Assembly: GCA_965238075.1 (NCBI GenBank)
Contig: OZ250173.1
Coordinates: 2,240,001 to 2,304,000, forward strand
DNA: 64,000 nt
Source of the DNA: Candidatus Entotheonellaceae bacterium
GTDB taxonomy: Bacteria > Tectomicrobia > Entotheonellia > Entotheonellales > Entotheonellaceae
Reading direction: 5' to 3'
Shown here: positions 20,495 through 31,559 of the stretch, in pieces
Layout of the letters: each line of letters opens with the position of its first letter
How positions within the stretch are numbered: position 1 is the first letter of the stretch
Translations under genes and position numbers: made by a program
Notes under the pieces: generated by a model
The model's input: the letters and a program-made list of their open reading frames with translations, nothing else
Databases searched by the model: none
What the model was told of the DNA's origin: nothing

Positions 20495-22150
20495 ATGGAG
20501 TACATTCTCGCACACGCCGAGCACATTCTGCCGCATCCCGACGGGGTTACGCCGCTGCTTACGTTCATCATCTTCCTGCCGTTGCTGGGTGCGCTGGCCA
20601 CCATGGCGATTCCCAAGGCCGAGGTGAGACTGATGAAGGCTGTCGCCGTTTTCTGCACCGTGGCGGCGTTCCTGCTCTCCCTGGTGGCGCTGAGCAATTT
20701 CGATGGCTCGACGCACAAGATGCAACTGGCGGAGTACCACAGCTGGATTCCCTCCATCGGCGTCGCCTATTTCCTCGGCATCGACGGCCTGAGCATTCTG
20801 CTGGTGCTGCTCACCACCCTGCTGTCCATTCTCGTTGTGATGTGCTCGTTCAACGCCATTCAAGACATGCAGAAGGCGTATTACAGCTGCCTGCTGTTTC
20901 TGGAAACCGGCATGCTGGGCGTCTTCCTGGCGCTGGATTTCTTCCTGTTCTACATCTTCTGGGAGATCATGCTGGTGCCGATGTACTTCCTGATCGGCAT
21001 CTGGGGGCACGGACGGCGGCTGTATTCGGCGATCAAGTTCTTCCTCTACACCCTGTTCGGCTCGGTGTTCATGCTGCTGGGCATCCTGGCGCTCTACTTC
21101 TTCAACAGCACCGGCGACTACGGCACCGGCGAGCTGACGTTCAACATCATTGAGCTGATCAACAACGTGCGGGTGCCGACGGAGCCCATTTTCGTCGGGC
21201 TGTCGGCGCAGGACCTGATCTTCCTGGCGCTGTTCCTGGGCTTCGCCATCAAGGTGCCGATGTTCCCGTTCCACACCTGGCTGCCCGACGCGCATACCGA
21301 CGCGCCGACGGCCGGCAGCGTCGTGCTGGCGGGCGTACTGCTGAAGATGGGCACCTACGGCTTCGTGCGCTTCAGCCTGCCGCTGCTGCCGACGGCCAGC
21401 CACAACATGGTCGGCTTCATGGCCACGCTGGCGATCATCGGCATCCTGTACGGCGCCCTGGTGGCCATGGCGCAGCGCGACATGAAGCGCCTCATCGCGT
21501 ATTCCAGCGTCAGCCACATGGGCTTTCTGATGCTCGGCATTTTCGCCCTCAACCCCGAGGGCGTGACCGGCGGCGTCATCCAGATGATCAATCACGGCAT
21601 CAGCACCGGCGCCCTGTTCCTGCTGGTCGGTATCATCTACGAGCGGCGGCACACGCGCGAAATCGCGGCGTTCAGCGGCTTGGCGACGACAGTGCCCATC
21701 TTCGCGGTGTTCTTCGCCATCACCATGTTCTCGTCCATCGGCCTGCCGGGTTTGAACGGCTTCGTGGGCGAGTTCCTCATCCTCGTCGGCATTTTCAAGG
21801 CGAACGTTGCCTATGCCACGCTGGCGGTACTCGGCATTATCCTGGGGGCGGCCTACATGCTGTGGCTCTACCAGCGCATCATGTTCGGCGAGGCCACGAC
21901 GCCCGAGAACCAGACCATGAAGGACATGAATTTCCGCGAGATCGGCTACATGCTGCCGCTGGTCATCCTGATGTTCTGGATCGGCCTGTACCCGCGCCCG
22001 TACCTCAACCTGATGCGCCCGACCGTGGATCACTACGTCACCCAGATGCAGGAGCGCCACATGGCCGAGCGCTATGACCCGCAACGGGCGACGCGGCAGG
22101 CATCGCACGACGACGAGGCGGACATCGCCGCGCCCGCGGAGGACCGCTGA
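20495..22150 (+). CDS. nuoM: NADH-quinone oxidoreductase subunit M (copy 2)
   Basis: FWE, AIKVPMFPFHTWLPDAHT, LLKMG, GLPGLNGFVGEF. Confidence 0.97.
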   Translation: MEYILAHAEHILPHPDGVTPLLTFIIFLPLLGALATMAIPKAEVRLMKAVAVFCTVAAFLLSLVALSNFDGSTHKMQLAEYHSWIPSIGVAYFLGIDGLSILLVLLTTLLSILVVMCSFNAIQDMQKAYYSCLLFLETGMLGVFLALDFFLFYIFWEIMLVPMYFLIGIWGHGRRLYSAIKFFLYTLFGSVFMLLGILALYFFNSTGDYGTGELTFNIIELINNVRVPTEPIFVGLSAQDLIFLALFLGFAIKVPMFPFHTWLPDAHTDAPTAGSVVLAGVLLKMGTYGFVRFSLPLLPTASHNMVGFMATLAIIGILYGALVAMAQRDMKRLIAYSSVSHMGFLMLGIFALNPEGVTGGVIQMINHGISTGALFLLVGIIYERRHTREIAAFSGLATTVPIFAVFFAITMFSSIGLPGLNGFVGEFLILVGIFKANVAYATLAVLGIILGAAYMLWLYQRIMFGEATTPENQTMKDMNFREIGYMLPLVILMFWIGLYPRPYLNLMRPTVDHYVTQMQERHMAERYDPQRATRQASHDDEADIAAPAEDR

Positions 22151-22152
22151 TC

Positions 22153-23613
22153 ATGGCGATACCCGCTCCGCCGCTGTCTGAAGTTCTGGCTCTGTGGCCG
22201 GAAATCCTGCTTTCCGTGGCGGCTTGCGCAATGTTGGTCATCGACCTGTTGACGAGCCGCGACCGCAAAGCGGACATCGGCTGGGTGTGCCTCGGCGTCG
22301 TTGTGCTGGCGCTGGTGGGCACCCTCCTGCACCCGCCGCAGGCCGGCAGCATTTTTTCCGGCATGTTTCTGGCGGACGGCTACGCGGCGTTCTTCAAGGT
22401 GCTGTTCCTGATCGCCGCCGCGCTGACCGTGCTGATTTCCCTGCGCTATCTGGACGATGAGGGCATCCAGCGGGGCGAATACTACGCCCTGCTGCTGTTT
22501 GCCACCGTCGGCATGATGTTCATGGCGGGCGGCGGCGACTTCATCAGCATCTACCTGGGGCTGGAATTGATGTCGCTGTCGACCTACGTGTTGGTGGGCT
22601 TCATCCGCCGCGACGGCGCCTCGACCGAGGGGGCGGTGAAGTACTTCCTGATGGGGGCGTTCACCTCGGGAATCCTGCTTTACGGGCTGGCATTGTTGTA
22701 CGGCCTGACCGGCAGCACCAACTTGGCGGCGGTGGCGCAGAGCCTGGCGGGTCTGTCGCCGGACAACCCGGCGCTGGTGCTGGCGACGATTCTCGTCGTG
22801 GTGGGATTCGGCTTCAAGATCGCCGCGGTGCCGTTCCACATGTGGGTGCCCGACACCTATGAAGGGGCGCCGACGTCGATCACGGCGTTCATGTCGTCCG
22901 CGGTCAAGGCGGCGGCCCTGGCGGGCCTGGCGCGGGTGTTCATCGTCGCCCTGTTCCCCAGCGCGGAGATCTGGGAAGTGCTGTGGTGGATCCTTGCTGC
23001 CCTCAGCATGATCCTCGGCAACGTGGTGGCCATTGCCCAGACGAGCCTGAAGCGCATGCTGGCCTATTCGAGCATTTCGCACGCCGGCTACGCCCTGATC
23101 GGCGTGGTGGCGGCGACGCAGGCGCGCGAGGTCGGGCTGACGGGGGCGCTGTTCTACATGTTCGTGTACCTGTTCGCCACCATGGGTGCCTTCAGCATGG
23201 TGATCCTGCTGACCCGCCGGGGCTTCCGCAGCGACAAGATTGCCGATTTCGCCGGCCTCGGTCGCAGCGCCCCGTTGGCGGCTTTTGTCTACATCATCTT
23301 CTTCCTGTCCCTGGCGGGCATTCCGCCCACCGCCGGTTTCGTCGGCAAGCTGGTCGTCTTCCGTGCCGCCATTGAGTCCGGCCACATCGTCCTCGCCGTT
23401 ATCGGCGTTGCCACCAGCGCCATCGCCGCTTATTACTACTTCATGGTCATCAAGACGATGTTCATGGAAGAGGCGGTGGTGCAACCGCAACTCTCCCCCT
23501 CCCGCCCCCTCGCCGTCGGCCTTGGCATCATGGCCGTTGCCACCGTGCTGCTCGGCCTGTTCCCCGCCGTCGTCCTCGACGCTGTCACCGAGTCGGTGAA
23601 ACTGCTGCAATAA
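22153..23613 (+). CDS. nuoN: NADH-quinone oxidoreductase subunit N (copy 2)
   Basis: GEYY, EGAVKYF, GFKIAAVPFHMWVPDTYEGAP, KRMLAYSSISH. Confidence 0.96.
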   Translation: MAIPAPPLSEVLALWPEILLSVAACAMLVIDLLTSRDRKADIGWVCLGVVVLALVGTLLHPPQAGSIFSGMFLADGYAAFFKVLFLIAAALTVLISLRYLDDEGIQRGEYYALLLFATVGMMFMAGGGDFISIYLGLELMSLSTYVLVGFIRRDGASTEGAVKYFLMGAFTSGILLYGLALLYGLTGSTNLAAVAQSLAGLSPDNPALVLATILVVVGFGFKIAAVPFHMWVPDTYEGAPTSITAFMSSAVKAAALAGLARVFIVALFPSAEIWEVLWWILAALSMILGNVVAIAQTSLKRMLAYSSISHAGYALIGVVAATQAREVGLTGALFYMFVYLFATMGAFSMVILLTRRGFRSDKIADFAGLGRSAPLAAFVYIIFFLSLAGIPPTAGFVGKLVVFRAAIESGHIVLAVIGVATSAIAAYYYFMVIKTMFMEEAVVQPQLSPSRPLAVGLGIMAVATVLLGLFPAVVLDAVTESVKLLQ

Positions 23614-23659
23614 GCCACCAGGGTTGGGTTGCCGGGCGATCCCCCCTGTTCACCACCCT

Positions 23660-24058
23660 TTACTTGGTGGCATCCAACCTGTTTAATCGGCCGGGCCATT
23701 CCAGGATGCGCCGGTCGGCGGTGACAAGCCGATGTCTGTCAAGCGTGGTGGCCACGATAATACGGTCGGCCGGATCCCCGCGCATATCGGGAAGCAGACC
23801 GGCGCGCGCGGCAATTTCGCCATCGACCGGAACTTCGATCAAGCCTTCGTTCAGTAAGCTCACACGCCATGTGCCAATGTCGACGAGAAGTTCCAATCGT
23901 CCCTTTTCGTACAGCATGGCGACCTCCCAGAAGGTAATTGCGGATACGCCTACATTATTGTCGGGCCAGTCCCGGCCAATAACCTGACGGGCCTGTCGAC
24001 CCAGCCGTGGATCGTCGAGCAGCAACCATATCAGTGTATGTGTATCAAGCAGGATCAT
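23660..24058 (-). CDS. vapC: PIN-domain VapC-family toxin
   Basis: LLDTHTLIW, SAITFWEVA, DPADRIIVATT, LVTAD. Confidence 0.92.
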   Translation of the reverse strand: MILLDTHTLIWLLLDDPRLGRQARQVIGRDWPDNNVGVSAITFWEVAMLYEKGRLELLVDIGTWRVSLLNEGLIEVPVDGEIAARAGLLPDMRGDPADRIIVATTLDRHRLVTADRRILEWPGRLNRLDATK

Positions 24059-24336
24059 GGATTCAGTACACGATGAGGATTGCTCTCAGCCTCCCATTCC
24101 GTGTCGGTTGGCGCCGTAATGTCACCTAGGATTGTGATCTTGTCCCGGTCCCGCCCGAATGGCGCCTTTGGCCTTAGCCGGTATGGCGCGAGCCTTGATA
24201 CCGGGCGCCCGTTCTTCGTGATGATGACCTCCTCGCCGCTTTCTGCCACTTCGTCCATGAGCCTCAGGCACTTGGCCTTGAACTCCGATGCCTTGATGGT
24301 GCGGGGTCCCGCAGGGGCATTGCTGTCTGCTGTCAT
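24055..24336 (-). CDS. Phd/YefM-family antitoxin
   Basis: IKASEFKAKCLRLMDEV..SGEEVIITKNGRPV; ATGA overlap with the toxin. Confidence 0.92.
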   Translation of the reverse strand: MTADSNAPAGPRTIKASEFKAKCLRLMDEVAESGEEVIITKNGRPVSRLAPYRLRPKAPFGRDRDKITILGDITAPTDTEWEAESNPHRVLNP

Positions 24337-24371
24337 GGCTCGTTTCCCGTTCAGTTATGTGACGCCTTCTT

Positions 24372-24395
24372 AACCATGGTCATGACTATGGTCAT
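24372..24395. promoter_or_regulatory. Probable TA autorepression operator
   Basis: Overlapping near-palindromes AACCATGGTCATGACTATGGTCAT about 35-60 nt upstream of the antitoxin start. Confidence 0.55.
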
Positions 24396-24536
24396 ACTAC
24401 CGAAAAAGAATGGCAATGACCACCTCCACTGTATAGGGCTGGGGACAGCACAACAGCAGGGCGGCGTCCTGCCTGCGGATCAAAGTCTATCCATACGATA
24501 TCGCCGCGGTCCGGAGTGCGCCGGGAACGCTTCACC

Positions 24537-24776
24537 CTATTTCACGACCCCACCAGCGGACCAAAGTCCACTTCGCCGTGCCTGTTGCTCTCGGTAATCC
24601 CGTCCACAAGTGTTTCCAGGCGACTGCGGGGCCGGTTTGCGACGGAAACCACCAGCTCTGCGCCTTCTCGACATCACGTCCACGGCTGATCCCAATTTGA
24701 GCCCGACCTTGGCCGCGAGAGCGCCCGGAATCCGCAGTGCCAGGCTATCGCCCCACGACTCAACGCGAACTTCCAT
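24537..24776 (-). pseudogene. Frameshifted AbrB/MazE-family antitoxin, no cognate mazF
   Basis: MEVRVESWGDSLALRIP in one frame; ELVVSVANRPRSRLETLVDGITESNRHGEVDFGPLVG in another. Confidence 0.8.
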
Positions 24777-24823
24777 CGCTTTCCCATCCTTTCCGCCTCG
24801 TTGCAACATGCGCCCATGCGCGG

Positions 24824-25126
24824 TTATTGCCGCATCGATACAAGGGTTGACGCCGGCCGAATGTCTTGAATGAGCCGTTGTTTTTTGTCCGCCAGTTGGC
24901 GGAAGTCGCACTCGGCCTGGGTGCCGTCCCAGAATTGGTCGGACTGCCCGAAGAAGGCGCCGAAGCGGATGGACATGGCGGGTGTAATCGACCGTCTGGC
25001 GTGAATGATCTCGTTGATCGCTCGCGGGGCAACACCGATGGCGCGGGCCATGGCGTTCTGTGAGATGCCCATCGGCTTGAGGTACTCCTCGAGAAGCATT
25101 TTGCCGGGTGTGATCGGATTATCCAT
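24824..25126 (-). CDS. HigA-family (XRE HTH) antidote protein, orphan
   Basis: [48 protein letters not shown]...FW. Confidence 0.88.
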   Translation of the reverse strand: MDNPITPGKMLLEEYLKPMGISQNAMARAIGVAPRAINEIIHARRSITPAMSIRFGAFFGQSDQFWDGTQAECDFRQLADKKQRLIQDIRPASTLVSMRQ

Positions 25127-25437
25127 TATTGCCTCTTATGACATTCCGTGTACGTATGTGTCCCTGCAAGACGTTCAGAGCAGGTCGGATTCCCGCAGCA
25201 GCATCCGTCAGTTCCCTATCTGCCCGCCTCTCCGGAATCCATGATGATCAGCCGCGTGATCAACTCGAAGTCGCCGGCCGCGGCGGAGGACTCGGCGGCG
25301 ATGGGCAGGGTGAAGTCGCGGCTGCCGCTGAGCCCCAAACCGGCGGCCTGGGCGATGTGAGCGATGACGGCGTTCAGGAGTATTGCGCAGGCTATTTTTA
25401 ATCGAGAGCCATGAAAATGGCTCCCGGAGCGACCGCC

Positions 25438-25740
25438 GCCCCCCTGACAAGGGGGGTTGGGGGGTTACATGTTTCCCCCAGATGGGCCTCGTGCCCACCC
25501 TGTGGAGTGCCCGCCTGCCTGGGACTATGGGCACCCACAAGGGGCGCCCCTACGAGGTTCGGGGCGTTGCGCAGACTGTTTTCATAAGCGTAGCGTAACC
25601 CGACCTACGGGAAGCTTCTCGCGATAGAACCCGGAACCGCGGTCCCCCGCAAGGGTTGCGGGACGTTGGGCGTGTTCCGGCAGTGTTCCAAGGGGTCACA
25701 GCGCAACACGCCAGCGGGCGGGTTTGAAACCTGCCCCTAC
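25438..25740 (-). repeat. Cluster of REP-like elements from several families
   Basis: C6/G6 hairpin 25438-25466; GTAGGGGCGCCCCTTGTGGGTGCCC 25529-25553; GTAGGTCGGGTTACGCTACGCT 25587-25608; GTAGGGGCAGGTTTCAAACCCGCCC 25716-25740 (all read on minus). Confidence 0.8.
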
Positions 25741-25862
25741 GGGCCGCGCCCCGGTTGGGGACAAGCTTTGCGGCAATATACGGGCAATCACGCATCACGA
25801 TCCACTAACCACTCCGTCAATCCCCTGGAGAGCCAGGGGGTCCGAAAATCCAGAGTGCCATC

Positions 25863-28800
25863 TTATCGTCTATCCCCCTCAACGTACTGCCGCAGAAAGC
25901 GCGCGGTGTGCGAGGCATGCGGGTGGGCGAGCAGATGGTCGGGCGGGCCGGCGATGACGACCTCGCCGCCGGCGTGGCCGCCTTCGGGGCCGAGGTCGAT
26001 GACGTAATCGGATTGGCGGATGACCTCGAGGTTGTGCTCGATGACGATGACCGTGTTGCCGCCGTCGACCAGGGATTGCAGGACGTGCAAGAGTTTTTCC
26101 ACGTCCGCCGGGTGCAGGCCGGTGGTGGGTTCGTCGAGGATGTACAGGGTATGGGCCTGGGCGCTGCGGTTGAGCTCGTAGGCCAGCTTGATGCGCTGCG
26201 CCTCGCCGCCGGAGAGGGTGTTGCTGGGCTGCCCGAGAGTCAGGTAGCCGAGGCCGGCGTCGTGCATGATCCGTAGCGGCCGGTGCACGCTGGCGACGCT
26301 GGCAAAGGCGTCCACGGCCTCCGTCACGGTCAGGTTCAGGATGGCCGCGGCGTGCCTGTCGTTGTAGGCGATCTCCAGCGTTTCCTCGGTGAATCGCTTG
26401 CCGCGGCAGGTCTCGCAGGGCACGAAGACGTCCGGCAGGAAGTTCATTTCCACCTTGCGCTGGCCCTGGCCGCTGCAGGCGTCGCAACGGCCACCCTTGA
26501 CGTTGAACGAAAACCGTCCGGGCGTGTAGCCGCGCAGGCGCGCTTCCGGCGTCTGGGCCAGCAGGCGCCGGATGGTGTCGTAAAAGCCGACATAGGTCGC
26601 CGGGTTGGAGCGCGGGCTTTTGCCGATGGGGGTGTGGTCCACTTGCAGCACGCGCCGCACCGCCTCTGCGCCGTGCAGGTCGCGGTGCGCGCCGAGGCGG
26701 TCGACGCTGCTGCCCAAGCGCTGCCGCAGGGCGGGGTAGAGGGTGTGCTCGACCAGGGTGCTCTTGCCGGAGCCGGAAACGCCGGTTACGGCAATAAACG
26801 TCTCCAGGGGAAAGCTGACGTCGATGCCTTTCAGATTGTGCTCGCAGGCGCCGCGAACGGTCAGGTGGGGGCGGTCTTTCAGGCTGCGTTGGCGCCCGGC
26901 GGGGCCGGGTCGTGCGCCGTTGCGGAGATAGCGCCCGGTGAGCGATGCGGGGTGCTGCGCGAGATGCTGCGGGGAACCGGCGGCGACGATGTGCCCACCT
27001 TGCATGCCGCCGCCGGGGCCGAGGTCGATGACGTGATCGGCGCTACGCATGGTCGCTTCGTCGTGCTCGACCACCAGGATGCTGTTGCCCTGCGCCTTCA
27101 AGCGCTGCAAGGTGGCCAGCAGGCGGGCGTTGTCGCGCGGGTGCAGGCCGATGGTCGGCTCGTCCAGCACGTAGCACACGCCGCGCAGGTTGGAGCCAAG
27201 CTGCGCCGCCAGCCGCAGGCGCTGCGCCTCGCCGCCGGACAGCGTGTCGCTGCGCCGGTCCAGGGTCAGGTAACCCAGCCCCACCTCCTGCATGCACTGC
27301 AAGCGCGCCATGATTTCCGGCAGCAGCGTCGCGGTGATCGCCTGGTCGCGGTCGCCGTGCACGAGCTGCGGCACGCTGGCTGTTGCCGCTTCGACGGACA
27401 GCGCCGAGACGTCGCTGATCGACCGGCCATTGACCCGCACGGCCCGCGCCTGCGGCCGCAAGCGGGCGCCGCGACACGCCGCGCACACCGCCTGCCGCAT
27501 GAACTGAGCCAGATGCCGCCTGACCCGCTCGCGGGTGCTGTCCTCGAACAGCCGGCGGCAGTGCGGCAGGATGCCCTCGAACGAGCCGGTGCGTCCGCTG
27601 GAACCGTTCCAGAACGCCTGGCGTTGCCGCGCTCGCACCTCGGCAAACGGTTTGTCGACGTCAATGTCCAGAATCCGCTCGGTGTCGCGCAACAGCCGCG
27701 CCCGGTGCCGCGCCGAAAATGGCCCACCGTTATACAAGGCCAGGGCGCCCTGGCGCAGCGACAGGCGGCCGTCCGGCACCAGCAGCGCCGGATCGAAGTC
27801 GTCCCGCACGCCGGTGCCGTGGCACGCCGGACACGCCCCTTGCCGACTGTTGAACGAGAACAGCCGCGGGTCGAGGTCGTCGAAGCCGATGTTGCACGCC
27901 GGGCAGAAGAACTTCAGGCTGTATAGGTGCTCGACATGCCCTGGCGCCAGGGCGATGCAGGCGCCTTGCCCCAGCCGCAGCGCCTGCTCCAGGAGGTCCT
28001 GCACGGCTCGTCGTTGTCGTGTGCGCACTTGCGTGGTGCCCACCACAATGTCGATGTCGTGCTCCCGGTAGCGGTCCAGTTGCGGCTGCGGCTCCAGCGC
28101 CATCACCTCGCCGTCGATCCGCACCTCGGAGGCCCCGTTGCGCAGCGCCTGCGCCAACACGTCTTTGTGAAACCCCTTGCGGCCGCGCACCGCCGGCGCC
28201 AGCAGGGTGACCGCCTCGCCTTTGTAGTCCGTCAGCAGGCGCACCAGGATTTGCTCGCCGGTTTGCGAGGTGATCCGCAGGTCGCAGTTCGGGCAGTGCT
28301 GCACGCCGATCTTGGCGTACAGCAGGCGCAGGTAGTGGTGTACCTCGGTGATCGTTGCCACCGTCGAGTTGTGGCCGCCGCGTGTCACCCGCTGCTCGAT
28401 GGCCACGGTCGGCGGCACGCCGCGCACGCTGTCCACGTCCGGCTTGCTCAGCGGTTGCAGGAACTGCCGCGCGTACGCCGACAGGCTTTCCATGTAGCGT
28501 CGCTGCCCCTCGGCGAAAACGATGTCGAACGCCAGTGTCGATTTGCCGGAGCCGCTGAGGCCGGTGATGACGACGAAGCGGTCGAGCGGGATGTCCACCT
28601 CGAGGTTCTTGAGGTTGTGGTGCCGCGCGCCACTGATGGCGATGGCGCCGTTGGCTGATGGAACAACGGCTGCTTCCCCATTCGATTTTGCCAACTGGTA
28701 GGCGTCGGCGTTTGGTTTCAGGTAGGAACGCAGAAACCGGCCCGTGTGCGAGGCGTCGCAGCGGCTCACCTGCTCCGGCGTGCCGGTAGCCACCAGATGC

Positions 28801-31475
28801 CCACCCGCGTCGCCGCCCTCCGGCCCCAGATCGATGAGATAATCGGCGCTTTTGATCACCTCCATGTTGTGTTCGATGACCAGCAGCGAGTGCCCCTGCG
28901 CCAGCAATCGGTCGAAGGCTCGCAGCAGCGTGGCGATGTCCTCGAAGTGCAGGCCGGTGGTGGGCTCGTCGAAAATCAACAGCCGCTGGCCGCCCTCGTG
29001 CAGCCCCATGTGGAACGCCAACTTGAGCCGCTGCGCCTCGCCGCCGGACAGGGTGTTGAGCGGCTGGCCGAGGCGCACGTAGTCCAGCCCCACGTCTTGC
29101 AAGGGTTGCAGTGACCGGATGAGGGCGGGCGCGTCGGCGAAAAATACTGCCGCCTCGACCACGGTGAGCCGCAGCACGTCGGCGATGCTGCGGCCCTTGT
29201 ACGTCACCTCCAACACCTCGCGGCGGAAGCGCGTCCCGTTACAGTCCGGGCAGGTGACGAAGATGTCGGAGAGGAACTGCATGTCGATCTTCTCGAAGCC
29301 GCTGCCCTGGCACGTCTCGCAGCGCCCGCCGGCGGTGTTGAACGAAAACGTGCTGGCGCTCAGGCCGCGCTCGCGCGCCGCCGGGCTGGCGGCGAACAGC
29401 CGCCGGATGTGATCCCAGGCCTTGACGTAGGTGGCCGGATTGGCCCGCGGGGTGCGGCCGACCGGCGCCTGATCGACGAGCGCGATAGCGTCGAGCGCTT
29501 CGCCGCCCGCCAATTCGCGGCACGCCCCCGGGGTGCCGACCGATAGGCCCCTGGCCTTTTGCAGGCCGTTGTAGAGCACCTCGTGCACCAGCGTGCTCTT
29601 GCCCGATCCCGACACCCCGGTGACGCATACCAGCAGCCCCAGCGGAATGCGCACGTCGATGCCCTTCAGGTTGTTCTGGCTGGCGCCGCGCATGGTGATG
29701 GCGTGACCCTTGCGCGGGCGTCGGCGCCGCTTTGGCACCGGGATACGCCGCCGGCCGTCCAGGTATTGGCCGGTCAGCGAATCGCGCGCCTCGGTGATGC
29801 CGTCCGGCGTGCCGAAGTACACGATCTCGCCGCCGCGCTCGCCGGCGCCGGGTCCGAGGTCCAGGATGCGGTCGCTCTCGCGGATGATCTCCGGGTCGTG
29901 CTCCACCACCACGATGGTGTTCCGGTTGGCCTTGAGATGATGCAGGATGCGCACCAGGCGGCGGCTGTCGCGCGGGTGCAGGCCGATGCTCGGCTCGTCG
30001 AGGATGTACAGCGTGTTGACCAGCGACGAGCCCAGCGCCGTGGTCAGGTTGACCCGCTGTACCTCGCCGCCGGACAGCGTCCGTGACTGGCGATTCAGGG
30101 TGAGGTAATCCAGGCCAACGTCCACCAGGTAGCGCAGCCGGCTGCGAATCTCACCGAGCAGCAGGGTGATGGCTTCGTCGTGCGGCGCCGATTCGGCCAG
30201 TTCCTCGAAGAAGTCGGCGCAAGCCCCCACGGACAGGGCGTAAATCTGCGCGATCGTACGGCCGCGGATGCGCGTCAGCAGCGCCTCGGGCTGCAGGCGG
30301 GTGCCCTGGCAGGCGGTGCAGGTGACGTAGCTGCGATAGCGCGCCAGAAAAATGCGTACGTGCATGCGGTACGTGCGCGTCTCCAGCCAGGCGAACCAGC
30401 CGCGCAGGCCGTAGAACTCGCCGTGGCCGTCGATGATCATGGCCTGCTGGGCGCTGCTGAGGCTGGCGAACGGCACGTCGGTGGGGATGTCGTGGTCGTC
30501 GCAGAACGCCAGCAGGGTGCGCCGTTCCTGGCGCGTCGCCTGGGTGCTCCAGGGTTTGATCGCCCCTTGGGCGAGGCTCTTGCGGCGGTCCGGGATGATC
30601 AGATCGAGGTCGATGCCGATGGTGCGTCCGAAGCCCTGGCAGACCTGGCAGGCGCCCAGCGGGCTGTTGAACGAAAACAGGTTGGGCACCGGGTCGCGGT
30701 AGGTGATGTCGCACCTTGGGCAATGCAGGTGCTGGCTGAACTGCAGAGGCTCGCCTTGCGGCAGGCGCACCGCGACCTGGCCCTGGCCGAAGCGCATGGC
30801 CTGTTCGAGTGAATCCAGCAGGCGGGCGCGGCGGTCCGGTTGCAGGAACAGGCGGTCGACTACTACCTCGATGGCGGCGTTTTTCGGCAAGGTGGGTAGT
30901 TCCGCGTCCAATCGCGCCACTTGGCCGTCGATCAGCAGGCGCGTGAAGCCCAGCCGTTGCAGCTCTAGGCGCAACGCCTGGGTCGTCCGCCCGGCGACGC
31001 GCGCGTAAGGAAAACTGATCACGGCGGTCTGCCCGCCGTGCTGTTCCATCAGCGTTGCCACGACGCCGCTGGCCGAGCTGCGCTGTACCGGCTCGCCGCA
31101 CTGCTGGCAGTGCAGTTGCCCCATCTTGGCGAACAGCAGCCGCACGTGGTCGGTCAGCTCGGTCATGGTGCCGACAGTGGAGCGGGCATTCTTAACCGGG
31201 TTGCTCTGGTCGATGGCGATGGTCGGCGGGATGCCCTCGACGTGCTCAACCTGCGGCTTGTCCATGCGCTCCAGGAACTGCCGCGCGTAGGCCGAAAAGC
31301 TCTCGACGTAACGCCGCTGCCCCTCGGCGTACAGCGTATCGAAGGCCAGGCTGGACTTGCCCGAGCCGCTGACGCCGGTAATGACAAGCAACTCGTGCAG
31401 CGGGATATCGAGCGACAGGTTTTTGAGATTGTTGTGCTCCGCGCCAATGATGCGGATGACCTCGGTGGTGCTCAT
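25863..31475 (-). CDS. uvrA: Double-length excinuclease ABC subunit A (tandem UvrA-UvrA, about 1870 aa)
   Basis: Four Walker A G(V/L)SGSGKS motifs, four LSGGE signatures, repeated AEGQRRY.ES.SAYARQF and CxxC zinc sites; start placed at [10 protein letters not shown]. Confidence 0.95.
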   Translation of the reverse strand: MSTTEVIRIIGAEHNNLKNLSLDIPLHELLVITGVSGSGKSSLAFDTLYAEGQRRYVESFSAYARQFLERMDKPQVEHVEGIPPTIAIDQSNPVKNARSTVGTMTELTDHVRLLFAKMGQLHCQQCGEPVQRSSASGVVATLMEQHGGQTAVISFPYARVAGRTTQALRLELQRLGFTRLLIDGQVARLDAELPTLPKNAAIEVVVDRLFLQPDRRARLLDSLEQAMRFGQGQVAVRLPQGEPLQFSQHLHCPRCDITYRDPVPNLFSFNSPLGACQVCQGFGRTIGIDLDLIIPDRRKSLAQGAIKPWSTQATRQERRTLLAFCDDHDIPTDVPFASLSSAQQAMIIDGHGEFYGLRGWFAWLETRTYRMHVRIFLARYRSYVTCTACQGTRLQPEALLTRIRGRTIAQIYALSVGACADFFEELAESAPHDEAITLLLGEIRSRLRYLVDVGLDYLTLNRQSRTLSGGEVQRVNLTTALGSSLVNTLYILDEPSIGLHPRDSRRLVRILHHLKANRNTIVVVEHDPEIIRESDRILDLGPGAGERGGEIVYFGTPDGITEARDSLTGQYLDGRRRIPVPKRRRRPRKGHAITMRGASQNNLKGIDVRIPLGLLVCVTGVSGSGKSTLVHEVLYNGLQKARGLSVGTPGACRELAGGEALDAIALVDQAPVGRTPRANPATYVKAWDHIRRLFAASPAARERGLSASTFSFNTAGGRCETCQGSGFEKIDMQFLSDIFVTCPDCNGTRFRREVLEVTYKGRSIADVLRLTVVEAAVFFADAPALIRSLQPLQDVGLDYVRLGQPLNTLSGGEAQRLKLAFHMGLHEGGQRLLIFDEPTTGLHFEDIATLLRAFDRLLAQGHSLLVIEHNMEVIKSADYLIDLGPEGGDAGGHLVATGTPEQVSRCDASHTGRFLRSYLKPNADAYQLAKSNGEAAVVPSANGAIAISGARHHNLKNLEVDIPLDRFVVITGLSGSGKSTLAFDIVFAEGQRRYMESLSAYARQFLQPLSKPDVDSVRGVPPTVAIEQRVTRGGHNSTVATITEVHHYLRLLYAKIGVQHCPNCDLRITSQTGEQILVRLLTDYKGEAVTLLAPAVRGRKGFHKDVLAQALRNGASEVRIDGEVMALEPQPQLDRYREHDIDIVVGTTQVRTRQRRAVQDLLEQALRLGQGACIALAPGHVEHLYSLKFFCPACNIGFDDLDPRLFSFNSRQGACPACHGTGVRDDFDPALLVPDGRLSLRQGALALYNGGPFSARHRARLLRDTERILDIDVDKPFAEVRARQRQAFWNGSSGRTGSFEGILPHCRRLFEDSTRERVRRHLAQFMRQAVCAACRGARLRPQARAVRVNGRSISDVSALSVEAATASVPQLVHGDRDQAITATLLPEIMARLQCMQEVGLGYLTLDRRSDTLSGGEAQRLRLAAQLGSNLRGVCYVLDEPTIGLHPRDNARLLATLQRLKAQGNSILVVEHDEATMRSADHVIDLGPGGGMQGGHIVAAGSPQHLAQHPASLTGRYLRNGARPGPAGRQRSLKDRPHLTVRGACEHNLKGIDVSFPLETFIAVTGVSGSGKSTLVEHTLYPALRQRLGSSVDRLGAHRDLHGAEAVRRVLQVDHTPIGKSPRSNPATYVGFYDTIRRLLAQTPEARLRGYTPGRFSFNVKGGRCDACSGQGQRKVEMNFLPDVFVPCETCRGKRFTEETLEIAYNDRHAAAILNLTVTEAVDAFASVASVHRPLRIMHDAGLGYLTLGQPSNTLSGGEAQRIKLAYELNRSAQAHTLYILDEPTTGLHPADVEKLLHVLQSLVDGGNTVIVIEHNLEVIRQSDYVIDLGPEGGHAGGEVVIAGPPDHLLAHPHASHTARFLRQYVEGDRR

Positions 31476-31559
31476 GGGTGGCCTCTGCGGTCGTCTGGAG
31501 CGAGCCAAATTAGGGACAATGGTTCTATGGAAATCGCCTGCCCAACGTCCCCGCATCGG

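Noticed and set aside
25208-25400. Coding-like fragment on the minus strand (…AILLNAVIAHIAQAAG…GDFELITRLII…)
   Set aside because: No credible start or recognisable family; probably a relic, not callable.
31476-31556. N-terminal extensions in the ORF track for uvrA (also gspG, nuoJ1, lptG, oxyR, citE, hisD)
   Set aside because: They run through repeats or intergenic DNA; homology and RBS evidence favour the downstream starts.
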